Shown piece after piece: positions 17,286 through 25,764 of a DNA stretch of 64,000 bases. Source of the stretch: Deltaproteobacteria bacterium (lineage in GTDB: Bacteria > Myxococcota > Kuafuiibacteriia > Kuafuiibacteriales > Kuafuiibacteriaceae). Positions within the stretch are counted from its first letter, which is position 1. Each line of letters begins with the position of its first letter. The stretch spans positions 224,001-288,000 of the forward strand of contig JAVJQW010000038.1 of assembly GCA_040218735.1 (NCBI GenBank), given 5' to 3'. The notes beneath the pieces are model-generated. The model was not told where the DNA came from. It saw nothing but the letters and a program-made list of their open reading frames with translations, and did not search any database. The position numbers were made by a program, and so were the translations under genes.

Positions 17286-17299
17286 TGGTGTCCGAATCC

Positions 17300-17962
17300 C
17301 TACGAATCGATCTCCTCGCGCGCCCGCGCATCCAACAACGCGTTCAACCCCCGCGAGATCTGCTGCGGCTCGTACGTCCCCCGCGGCACGCACCGCCGAT
17401 ACACGTCACCGTTCGTCGCCGCCGTCACGGCGTCGCGGATCTCGTCGAGGGGCTCGACCACCAGCGAGTCCAGTCGTCGGGAGAAGAACACGAACACCAC
17501 GAACGCGATCAGGCCGACGGCGGCGGCGGACCAGGCGCCGGCGAGGCCGAGGCGTTGGGCTTCGGTGTCCTGTTCGCGCATGGAGCGGCGGTTGATGCCG
17601 GAGAGGGCGACGATGGCGTCGACGACGCGGCCGCGGACGGCGCGGTCGTTGGGGCGCTCGAACATCGTCTTGGCGTCGCGTTCGATCGCTTCGAGGTAGG
17701 GGCGCTCCTCCTCCTCCGTGACGTTGTTCTTGGCGCGCTCGAGCGCGCCGTCGAACTGCGTACGCCCCTCCTTGTCGAACGACTCCGTCGCGATCACCGT
17801 CAGCATCTCCTCCGCCGCGCGGATGCTGTACTCGTTCTCCGCGAGGATGCGCTCGATCGCCGGGGACATGCGGGCGAGGAGGGCGATGCCCGTGAAGACG
17901 CCCGCGAGCTGGAACACGAAGAGCGTCCCGACCGCCGCGCGGATCTCGCGGCGGACCGTCAT
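17300..17962 (-). CDS. two-TM sensor-like protein (periplasmic helical domain + HAMP-like region), no output domain
   Basis: TM, ILAENEYSIRAAEEM, NNVTEEEE, TM, VVEPLDEI...GDVYRR. Start overlaps the trkA stop. Confidence 0.7.
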   Translation of the reverse strand: MTVRREIRAAVGTLFVFQLAGVFTGIALLARMSPAIERILAENEYSIRAAEEMLTVIATESFDKEGRTQFDGALERAKNNVTEEEERPYLEAIERDAKTMFERPNDRAVRGRVVDAIVALSGINRRSMREQDTEAQRLGLAGAWSAAAVGLIAFVVFVFFSRRLDSLVVEPLDEIRDAVTAATNGDVYRRCVPRGTYEPQQISRGLNALLDARAREEIDS

Positions 17963-18627
17963 GACAGCTTGCTCGCGAGGTCGGTCGCGTCGTTCGCGGC
18001 GGTCGCGACGACCAGCACGTCGGACGAGGACAGCGGGGTGTTCGCGTCCGGCAGGACGGCTTGCACCGCTCCGTCGATCTTGCGGCGCACCGCCACCACC
18101 GTCACGCCGAGCTTCGCGGGCAGGTTCGCCTCGCGCAGCGACTTGCCGGCGAGGGAGTCGGGGACCTGGAGCTCCGTGATGACCAGGTTCCCGCCGAGCG
18201 GGATCTGGTCCACGACGTTCGAGTGCGCGAGCCGCGCCGCGAGCCGCTCGCCGAAGGCGCGCTCCGGGTTCACGACCTCGTGCGCGCCGACGAGGCGGAG
18301 GATGCGTTCGTGGATGGTGTCGTTGGCGCGGGCGACGATCCGCTTCGCGCCCATCTGCCGAAGGAGGGCCGTCACTACGATCGAGCCGTCGCGTGACTCG
18401 TCGCCGATCGCCACGACGCACAGGTCGCGCTCCGCGGGCTGCGTGCGGGCGAGGGCGGCCTCGTCGGCTGCGTCGAAGGCGACGGCCTCCGCGGCCCACG
18501 TCGAGGCTTGCTGCACGAGCCGGTCGTCCTGGTCGACGACCATCACCTCGACGCCGTGCTGCGCGAGCGCCCGTGCGGTCGACATGCCGAACTGGCCGAG
18601 ACCCAGGATGAGTGCCTGTGTCTTCAC
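17959..18627 (-). CDS. trkA: Trk/Ktr K+ uptake regulatory subunit (RCK)
   Basis: GLGQFG Rossmann motif, VVNPE, and C-terminal TrkA_C (GKSLREANL...VTVVAVRR). Confidence 0.9.
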   Translation of the reverse strand: MKTQALILGLGQFGMSTARALAQHGVEVMVVDQDDRLVQQASTWAAEAVAFDAADEAALARTQPAERDLCVVAIGDESRDGSIVVTALLRQMGAKRIVARANDTIHERILRLVGAHEVVNPERAFGERLAARLAHSNVVDQIPLGGNLVITELQVPDSLAGKSLREANLPAKLGVTVVAVRRKIDGAVQAVLPDANTPLSSSDVLVVATAANDATDLASKLS

Positions 18628-18661
18628 GTCGCCTGCTTTGTCGTCCGACGCGCCGGTCAGG

Positions 18662-20608
18662 TCAACCGACGGGGACGTCCTCCTCGGGCAGCCGCCACCC
18701 CGAGTCGGGCGCCTGGTCCGCGAGCCAGAGGAACGCGGTGAGCGGTCCGATGCGGCCGACGAACATACACGCGCCGATGATCACCTTGCCGACCGCGTCG
18801 AGTTTGCCGGTGGCGCCCGTCGACAGGCCGACCGTGCCCAACGCGGAGAACGACTCGAACCACAGGTCCGCGACCGGGATGTCCTGCGTGAGCGTCAACG
18901 CGATCACCGCGCCCACACTGGACGCGACGCCCAGCGACATGACCGCCGCCGCCCGGTAAACCGTGATGTGCGCGAGGCGACGGCCGCCGACCTCCGCTTT
19001 GGCCACGCCGCGCAACGCCGCGAGCACCGCGAGCGTCAGCACCGCGATGGTCGTGGTCTTGATGCCCCCCGCCGTGGAGCCCGGGCTCCCGCCGATCAAC
19101 ATCAACACGATCATGATTGCGTGCGTCGCGGGCGCGAGGTGCGCGAAGTCGACCGAGTTGAAGCCCGCGGTGCGAAGCGTGACCGACTGGAACCACGCGT
19201 TGTGGAGCCGGTCGACGACGTCGAGGTTCAGGAGCGCACCGTTCCATTCGATCGCGCCGATCAAGAGCGCCGGGACGACGGTCAGCAGCGCGCTCGTCAC
19301 GAGGACGAGGCGCGCCTGGAGCGACACCCGCTCGCGTCGCACGAACCGCGGGAGCATCACGACCGTGGCCGGCCCAAGGCCGCCGATGATGATCGTGAGT
19401 GCGATGACGTGCAGGACGAACGGGTCCGTTTGGTAGGGCACCAGGCTGTCCGACTGCAGCGCGAAGCCGGCGTTGCAGAACGCCGACACCGCGGTGAACA
19501 GCCCGCGCCATATCGCGGTGGGGAGCGCGTCGCCGGCGAAGTAGAACCGCGTGGCCAGCAGCAGCGCGCTGACCCCCTCCGTGGCGCCGGTGACGGTGAG
19601 GATCATCCGGACCGCCCTGCGAATCGAGGGGCCGCCCTCGGTGCCGAGGACACCGGCCGCGGCGCGCTCGTAGGTGAAGCTCACGCGACGGTCGAGGACG
19701 AACAGCACCGCGACCGACAACGCCATGATGCCGAGCCCGCCGACCTGGATCAGCGCGAGGATCGTGGCTTGCCCGGCGAAGGTGAAGGCGGTCGGCGTGT
19801 CGACGACGATCAATCCCGTCACACACACCGCGCTGATCGCGGTGAACGTCGCGTCCAATCCGGACAGCACCGGTCCCGCCGACGCGTACGGGCTCGACAG
19901 CGCGACGGCGCCGATGACGGCGAGCAACGAGAACGTCGCGACGACGAAGCGGCCGGGGCGGCGCAGGAGGAAGTCGAGGTCGCGCGCCACCATCGCGGGG
20001 GCTGCGACGACGAGCAACGCGACGCCCGCGAGGACGGGGCCCACCGCGACCAACACGCCGAACGGGTCGTAGAAGAGGACCGTGATGACACCGCCCGCGA
20101 CGATCGCGCCCGCGACTCGGTTCATTCCGCCCAGCGCGTTGCGTGCGTAGCGCGCGGCGAACACGAGCGCGGCCAGCGACGCGACGATCAGCGACGCGTC
20201 GCTGATGCCGTCCGCTGGTCCGCGGAGGCCGCCGAAGTACCCGGCGAAAGCGCAGACGATCAACGCATCGCGCGCGTCCTTACGTTCCGTCATCGCCGCG
20301 AGTGACACGCGGCGGACGAACATGCGCGCGAGGGTGGTGCTCACGACGAGGCCGAGCACGAGGGCGCGCGCGGGGGCGTCGACGAGGAGCGGTCCGCTGA
20401 CGAGGACGAACGCGACGGCCGCGACGAGGATCAGCACGCGAGCCAACGCTTCCATGCGTGGCATCACGAACCCGGCGGTCACCGCGGCGACCGCGCCGGC
20501 GCCGAGGACGATCGCGAGCGCAGGATCGACCAGCGAGATGGACGTCTGCGTGGCGGCGCCGAAGAGCGGCACCGCGCACAGGCCGAGGACGACGAAGGTG
20601 CCGCGCAC
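18662..20608 (-). CDS. trkH: TrkH/KtrB K+ transporter with N-terminal membrane extension
   Basis: SAVCVTGL, QVGGLG, SAFCNAGF, RTAGF, GSTAGGIK, SALGTVGLSTG, GRIGPL. Confidence 0.9.
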   Translation of the reverse strand: MRGTFVVLGLCAVPLFGAATQTSISLVDPALAIVLGAGAVAAVTAGFVMPRMEALARVLILVAAVAFVLVSGPLLVDAPARALVLGLVVSTTLARMFVRRVSLAAMTERKDARDALIVCAFAGYFGGLRGPADGISDASLIVASLAALVFAARYARNALGGMNRVAGAIVAGGVITVLFYDPFGVLVAVGPVLAGVALLVVAAPAMVARDLDFLLRRPGRFVVATFSLLAVIGAVALSSPYASAGPVLSGLDATFTAISAVCVTGLIVVDTPTAFTFAGQATILALIQVGGLGIMALSVAVLFVLDRRVSFTYERAAAGVLGTEGGPSIRRAVRMILTVTGATEGVSALLLATRFYFAGDALPTAIWRGLFTAVSAFCNAGFALQSDSLVPYQTDPFVLHVIALTIIIGGLGPATVVMLPRFVRRERVSLQARLVLVTSALLTVVPALLIGAIEWNGALLNLDVVDRLHNAWFQSVTLRTAGFNSVDFAHLAPATHAIMIVLMLIGGSPGSTAGGIKTTTIAVLTLAVLAALRGVAKAEVGGRRLAHITVYRAAAVMSLGVASSVGAVIALTLTQDIPVADLWFESFSALGTVGLSTGATGKLDAVGKVIIGACMFVGRIGPLTAFLWLADQAPDSGWRLPEEDVPVG

Positions 20609-20609
20609 G

Positions 20610-21314
20610 TCAGGTCGCGAGGACTTTGCGCTCGCCGGACGCTCGGCCCGGGACGCGCAGCACGTACTCGCCGGGCACCAGGAACACGACGGAGCGCCGC
20701 GCGGCGTCCTCCTCGTCCTTCACGAGCATCGGCGCGCCGATACGGCTGTCGATCTCGGGAGGCGGGAGCGAGCGTCCGCGTTCGTCGGTCGCGGTGAGCG
20801 AGAGGACCTCGCCGATGTTCACCGTGACCTTGCCGCTCTTGTCGTGGCCTTCGATCTCGATGATCGACTTACCCATCGCGCGGAGCGCGTGGACGGAGAG
20901 GCCGGACGTCGGCTCGTAGGATCGGAACCCGTCGCTCTCGAGCTCCGGGATGCGGTCGCGCACGCGGACGGCGCGCTCGAGCACGCCGAGGCCCTCGTCG
21001 ATGCCGTTGCGGACCTCTTGCGTCAGCTCTTCGAGGAGCTCGTCGCGCGCGCGGCGGATGTCGTCGCTCGTCAGCTCGCCGTTGACCTTCTCGGAGAACC
21101 GCAGCGCGATGGCGACGCCGAGCTCGCGGAGCGGGGAGGGGCTCTTGGCGAGGAGCGTCTCGAAGTTCGCGACGTCGAACGACAGCCAGTACTCGGCGTT
21201 GGAGAGCATCTTCTTCAGCGTGTCGTTCACCGCGTTGGTCGCGGACAGATCGATCCCGCCGACGAGCTCTTGCATCACGGGGTGGCTGCGTCTGGACTCC
21301 ACGGCAGACGTCAC
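20610..21314 (-). CDS. hypothetical protein
   Basis: Coding-like composition from GTG 21314 (VTSAVESRR), coupled to the upstream stop. Confidence 0.7.
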   Translation of the reverse strand: MTSAVESRRSHPVMQELVGGIDLSATNAVNDTLKKMLSNAEYWLSFDVANFETLLAKSPSPLRELGVAIALRFSEKVNGELTSDDIRRARDELLEELTQEVRNGIDEGLGVLERAVRVRDRIPELESDGFRSYEPTSGLSVHALRAMGKSIIEIEGHDKSGKVTVNIGEVLSLTATDERGRSLPPPEIDSRIGAPMLVKDEEDAARRSVVFLVPGEYVLRVPGRASGERKVLAT

Positions 21315-21871
21315 TGGCCCAGGATGTTCACGTCGATGAGTAGCCGGATCGTAGTGCGGATGGTGATCGCGACCCCGCGCGGCTCGGCGAGGTTCACGGT
21401 GGCGCTCACCGTCATCGCCTCGGCGGTCGCGTAGGGTTTGAGGTTGAAGTCCGTCGGGACCTCCAGCTCCGTCGAGCTCGTCATCGGGACGGGGAGCGGG
21501 AGCTCCGCGAGCATCGCCTCGGGTTGACCCGTCGCGGTGACCTTCATCGTCATGCTCTCGACGTAGAGGTTGAGCTCCTCGAGGCGGGCGTCGCCGCTCT
21601 GGTGCTCGACCTCCAGGGTCACGGACTTCACGTAGATCGCGTCGACGTCGTCGGGCGAGATCCCCTCGTCGGCGAAGGTCCCCGACCGTGACAGGTCGAT
21701 GTTCGAGAAGCCGGCGCCGAACGACGGCGCGTAGGGCCCGGTGATGCCGGTGTCCGAGCGGGGGATCGAGGCTTCCTCGACGATCACCTCTTCGAACTCG
21801 TCCAGCCCGCCGCACGCCGCGAGCGTGAGCGCCGCGCTGGCCAGTAGGTGTCTTCGAAGCACGGCCCGCAT
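21311..21871 (-). CDS. hypothetical lipoprotein
   Basis: Lipobox TLAAC; beta-rich acidic body. Confidence 0.7.
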   Translation of the reverse strand: MRAVLRRHLLASAALTLAACGGLDEFEEVIVEEASIPRSDTGITGPYAPSFGAGFSNIDLSRSGTFADEGISPDDVDAIYVKSVTLEVEHQSGDARLEELNLYVESMTMKVTATGQPEAMLAELPLPVPMTSSTELEVPTDFNLKPYATAEAMTVSATVNLAEPRGVAITIRTTIRLLIDVNILGQ

Positions 21872-21920
21872 CCTACCCGGGAGTGTTGGCCCCGTGCTAC
21901 ATGATCGCGCTGAACGCCCG

Positions 21921-23507
21921 ATGATCTTCCACTGTCCCGCCTGCTCGGCCGGGCACACGGTGCCGGTCTCGATGATCCCGAACGGCGGGATGGACATGAC
22001 CTGCCGCCGCTGCTCCGCGTCGTTCCTGGTCGACGTCGACGAGCCCGCGGTCGTCGAGGAGGAGGATCCGACGGTCGCCGCCAAGGCCGAAGCGACCGCG
22101 ATCGGGGTCGCGAACCCCTACGACGAGCTCGTCCCCGACGCCCAGCTGATCCGCCCCGGCGGCGAGCTGCTCGACCTGGACGACTCCTCCGACGACACCG
22201 AGGCCCTCGTCGCGGCCGAAGACCGCGCCCGCTCCGCCGACAAACCGACGATCCCGATCGACCACAAGCGTGTTCCGCTGGGCCCGGACGAGGTGGGCGT
22301 CGACCCGGAGATCGACAACACCCAGCGCTTCGACGTCGAGGAGGAGGACGTTCCGACCTACGAGCCGGACGTCATCGGGATGCAGGACATCGATGGCGGC
22401 GGCCTCGGCACCTCACGTCCCCCGAGCCGCCGCGCGCCGACCCCGGAGCCGCGCAAGCTGGGCGGCAGCAAACCGCCGCCCTCGTCGTCGACGACCCGGC
22501 CTCCGTTCGACCGTGACGATCTCTACGCCAAGGTCGCCTCCGGCCGCTACGAAAAGCCCGAAGCCCCACCGGAGCCGGCCTCCAACGTCCCGCGCGAACG
22601 CGCTTGGAACGAACCCTCGTCGCTGATCTTCACCGGCGCCGGATCCGACTCCGCGCTGCGACGCTTCGCCGAGTGGCTCAACCGCGCCCCGTTGCCGCTG
22701 AAGGTCGCGTTGATCGTGTTCCCGGTGACGCTGGGCCTGACGCTGGTGCTCACGGCGGGGCCGAAGCGGGGGGAGCCGGTGGACGTGGGGGCCGTGGGTT
22801 CAGTGGATTCTACTCAAACGAGCCCCAGCGAGGTTCCCGGTCCGGGTCCCGGTCCGGGTCCCGAAGCGGGCACGGGTTCGGGATCGGGCAAGGGCTCGGG
22901 CTCGGACTCGGACACGGGATCGGATTCGGACTCGGATTCGGACACGGGATCGGATTCGGGATCGGATTCGGACTCGGACTCCGGGTCGGATTCGGACACC
23001 GACGCGGACGCCGTCGCTCGTTCGCGTTCGGGACCCGGACCGGAACCGGGACCCGGACCGGGTGCCCTGCGCTTCCGCGACCCCACGGCGGCTGAGGGCC
23101 AAGCCTACATCCAAGCCCCCAACACCCGCCTCCGCGCCACCGCGGCGCCGCGCGGTCGCACCGTCGCGCGGCTCGGCGCCGGACAGCTGGTCCAGCGCTA
23201 CGATCGGCGCGGCGAGTTTGCGTTGGTGTTGGTCGCGCCGGACGGTCCGGTCGGGTTCGTCGACGAGGGGCGCCTCGGGGCGCGAAAGCCGGTCGTGGCG
23301 CTCGCCGAGGACATCGCGTTCGAGGGGTGCTCTTCGACCGGGAGCACGCTGGACGCATGCCTGTTCGCGGCGAAGCAGAAGGAGGGCGCGTGCGTCGACG
23401 GCTGTGGTGCCGACGGTGCGCGCTGTCGCGAAGCCTGTCAGATCGCGTTCGAGCGCTGCACGCGCCAGTGCCAGCCGCCGAAGCGTCGGCGGCGTCGGCG
23501 GCGTTGA
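21921..23507 (+). CDS. zinc-ribbon (MJ0042-type) membrane protein with SH3-like and Cys-rich C-terminus
   Basis: MIFHCPAC...CRRC, acidic/Pro linker, one TM, RLRATAAPRGRTVARL...GFV, and multiple C-terminal Cys. Confidence 0.8.
   Translation: MIFHCPACSAGHTVPVSMIPNGGMDMTCRRCSASFLVDVDEPAVVEEEDPTVAAKAEATAIGVANPYDELVPDAQLIRPGGELLDLDDSSDDTEALVAAEDRARSADKPTIPIDHKRVPLGPDEVGVDPEIDNTQRFDVEEEDVPTYEPDVIGMQDIDGGGLGTSRPPSRRAPTPEPRKLGGSKPPPSSSTTRPPFDRDDLYAKVASGRYEKPEAPPEPASNVPRERAWNEPSSLIFTGAGSDSALRRFAEWLNRAPLPLKVALIVFPVTLGLTLVLTAGPKRGEPVDVGAVGSVDSTQTSPSEVPGPGPGPGPEAGTGSGSGKGSGSDSDTGSDSDSDSDTGSDSGSDSDSDSGSDSDTDADAVARSRSGPGPEPGPGPGALRFRDPTAAEGQAYIQAPNTRLRATAAPRGRTVARLGAGQLVQRYDRRGEFALVLVAPDGPVGFVDEGRLGARKPVVALAEDIAFEGCSSTGSTLDACLFAAKQKEGACVDGCGADGARCREACQIAFERCTRQCQPPKRRRRRRR
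22836..23062. repeat. in-frame hexamer tract bounded by inverted repeats
   Basis: CGGATT/CGGACT/CGGACA/CGGGAT units. 22836-22865 and 23027-23062 are reverse complements apart from one extra hexamer. Confidence 0.85.
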
Positions 23508-23511
23508 GGCT

Positions 23512-25764
23512 TCACAGCCCCCACTCGACCGCGACCGTGCGCTGACGTTCGATCTCCTCCGCGTCACCCACCGCCTCCGCGAGCTCCGGCCACACCGTCG
23601 GCTCTGGCAGGCCCGCGTCCGCCAACCAGCGCGCGGCGGCCTCGGGGCCCATCGACGCCCCGAACCCGACCACGACGTACCACGCCGGCGTCGGCTCCTC
23701 GTCGTCCTCGCGCCCGATCGCGTACTCGTCCCCGCTCTTGATCCACATCGCGCCGCCCTCGGCGTCGAGGGCCTCCGCGAACGCCTCGATCGCGTCGTCG
23801 TCCGGGCGCGCGCCGTCGAGGTGGTAACTCGTGAACCCGCCGGCCTTCTTCGTCGCGACGACGGCGAAGTCCACGGGGCCTTCCTCGCCCTCCGCCGGCT
23901 GCGCGACGGGCTGCGGATCGAACACGACCTCGTCGCCCTTGTGTTGCGGCTCGCCGGGGCTCGCGAGCTCGAGCACCCGCGCCGTCACCGGACCGGTCCG
24001 GAGCGCGAACGTCGCGGTGGTGCGGCCGTCCGGCTCCTCGAACACCACGCGGCACGTCCCCCACCGCGCGCCGATCGGCGTGTCACCCGCTTCGACCGGG
24101 TGCTCCAACGCGATCGCCGCGGTGCGCACGAGATCCCACCGACCCACCATCGTCGCCGCGAGCGCGCGATCCCACTGCGTGTCGGCGTCGGTCTCGCCCT
24201 TCGCGACCATCCGCTCGATGTGCTCGAGCGCCGCGTCCCAGTCTCCTGCGCGCCGCTCGACCCACGCGGCGGCGTCGTCGATGCGCACGTCGTCGCTCAG
24301 TGACAGCGCCTCTTCGAGGTATCGGCGCGCGCCGCCGAAGTCGTCCGTCCGCGCGGCGAACTGCGCGCGCAGCCCGAGCACGAGCGCGCGTAGCTCGTCT
24401 CCTTCGACTCGCGCGAGGAGCGCGTCGAACGCCTCGAAGTCCTCCTCGCGTCCGTACATGTCCGCGAGCGCCACGACCACCGACTCCTCGTTCGGCGACG
24501 CCGCCATCGCGTCTTCGTACGCCGCGATCGCGCGCTGCGGTTGGCCGAGGGTGAACAGCGCGTCGCCGAGCGCCTTCGCGCGCTCCGCGTCGAGCGGCTC
24601 CATCGCCGCGACCGCGTGCAGCACCTCGATGTCCTGCTCCGGATCCTCGCCGAGCTCCTGCAGGCGCTGCGCGAGGGTCTCGGGGTCCACCGACGGCGCA
24701 CCCTTCCTGCGCTCGGTGAGGAGCTCTTCGATGATGCGGATCCGATCCGGCGCGTCGAGCGGGCGGTGCAGCTCGGGGGCGATCCGGCGGAGGTCTTCGA
24801 GGGTGTCGGCGACCGTCCCGTACGCGCGCCGCGCGAGCGCGAGGTGCGCGCGACGCTGCGCGACGATGAACGCGGCGCGCATGGCGCCGCTGTCTTCGAG
24901 GTCCTCGTGGAGGTGACGGAAGAACATGCCGAGCCGCCACGTGTTCTCGACCGTGCCGGCGATCGCCAGCTCCGTGATCGTGTCCGTGTACCGATCGTAG
25001 TCGTCGCGGATGCCGTGGATCTCGGACGACTTCGGCAGCGCCTCCTTCGCCTCGTCGTACCGACCGAGCTTCGCGAGGATCCGCGCGTGGTCGATCCCCT
25101 TCGACAGCTCGAACGCGCGCCCCGCCTCGGGCACCGATGCACGCGCGTTCGTCTGCAGCGCCTCGTCCGGACGCCCGAGCTGAAGGAGCGACGACACGAT
25201 CGCGCCGCGCATCTGCGAGCCCTCCGTCGCGCCCACCTCCGCCTCCGCCTTGCGCGCGAGCTCCAGCGCTTCGTCCGGGCGCCCGTCGTCGAGGATCGCC
25301 GACGCGAGCTCCGACGAGATGCACATGTAACAGGGCCACTTCGGGTCGATGCGCGCGAGCGTCTCCTCGGCGACCTCGATGCGCTCCGCCGCGTACCCCG
25401 GACCGTCCGCCTTGCCGTAGCAGTTCGCGAGGTCCTGCACGACGCAGACGCTCTGCGGGCACTGCTTCGTCTCTTCGCGGTTCGCGAAGTCGAGGAGGTC
25501 GACGGCTTCGGGCAGCGAGCGCTTCACCTCGCACCGCTTCAACACGCGGCTCTGCAGGAGCCAGTGCCGGAAGTAGACCTCCAGCCATGGGCTCTTCTTC
25601 GCGCGCGCTGCGGCGAGCGCCTCGCCGATCAACGCTTCGACTTCGTCGTGCCGGTGCTCGACCGTGTAGTGCGGCACCACCTCGATCAGCTCGCAGAGCC
25701 TCAGCTCACCGGCTTCGTACAGCTCTTGTTGGAGGTCCTGCACCCACGCCCAGATGTCCATCAC
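23512..25764 (-). CDS. tetratricopeptide-repeat protein
   Basis: Helical TPR-like repeats (LGDALFTLGQPQRAIAAYEDA); coupled to the HSP90-like gene. Confidence 0.8.
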   Translation of the reverse strand: MMDIWAWVQDLQQELYEAGELRLCELIEVVPHYTVEHRHDEVEALIGEALAAARAKKSPWLEVYFRHWLLQSRVLKRCEVKRSLPEAVDLLDFANREETKQCPQSVCVVQDLANCYGKADGPGYAAERIEVAEETLARIDPKWPCYMCISSELASAILDDGRPDEALELARKAEAEVGATEGSQMRGAIVSSLLQLGRPDEALQTNARASVPEAGRAFELSKGIDHARILAKLGRYDEAKEALPKSSEIHGIRDDYDRYTDTITELAIAGTVENTWRLGMFFRHLHEDLEDSGAMRAAFIVAQRRAHLALARRAYGTVADTLEDLRRIAPELHRPLDAPDRIRIIEELLTERRKGAPSVDPETLAQRLQELGEDPEQDIEVLHAVAAMEPLDAERAKALGDALFTLGQPQRAIAAYEDAMAASPNEESVVVALADMYGREEDFEAFDALLARVEGDELRALVLGLRAQFAARTDDFGGARRYLEEALSLSDDVRIDDAAAWVERRAGDWDAALEHIERMVAKGETDADTQWDRALAATMVGRWDLVRTAAIALEHPVEAGDTPIGARWGTCRVVFEEPDGRTTATFALRTGPVTARVLELASPGEPQHKGDEVVFDPQPVAQPAEGEEGPVDFAVVATKKAGGFTSYHLDGARPDDDAIEAFAEALDAEGGAMWIKSGDEYAIGREDDEEPTPAWYVVVGFGASMGPEAAARWLADAGLPEPTVWPELAEAVGDAEEIERQRTVAVEWGL

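Noticed and set aside
15656-17299. IS element or transposon
   Set aside because: No transposase or recombinase motif and no target-site duplication found, so mobility is only a hypothesis.
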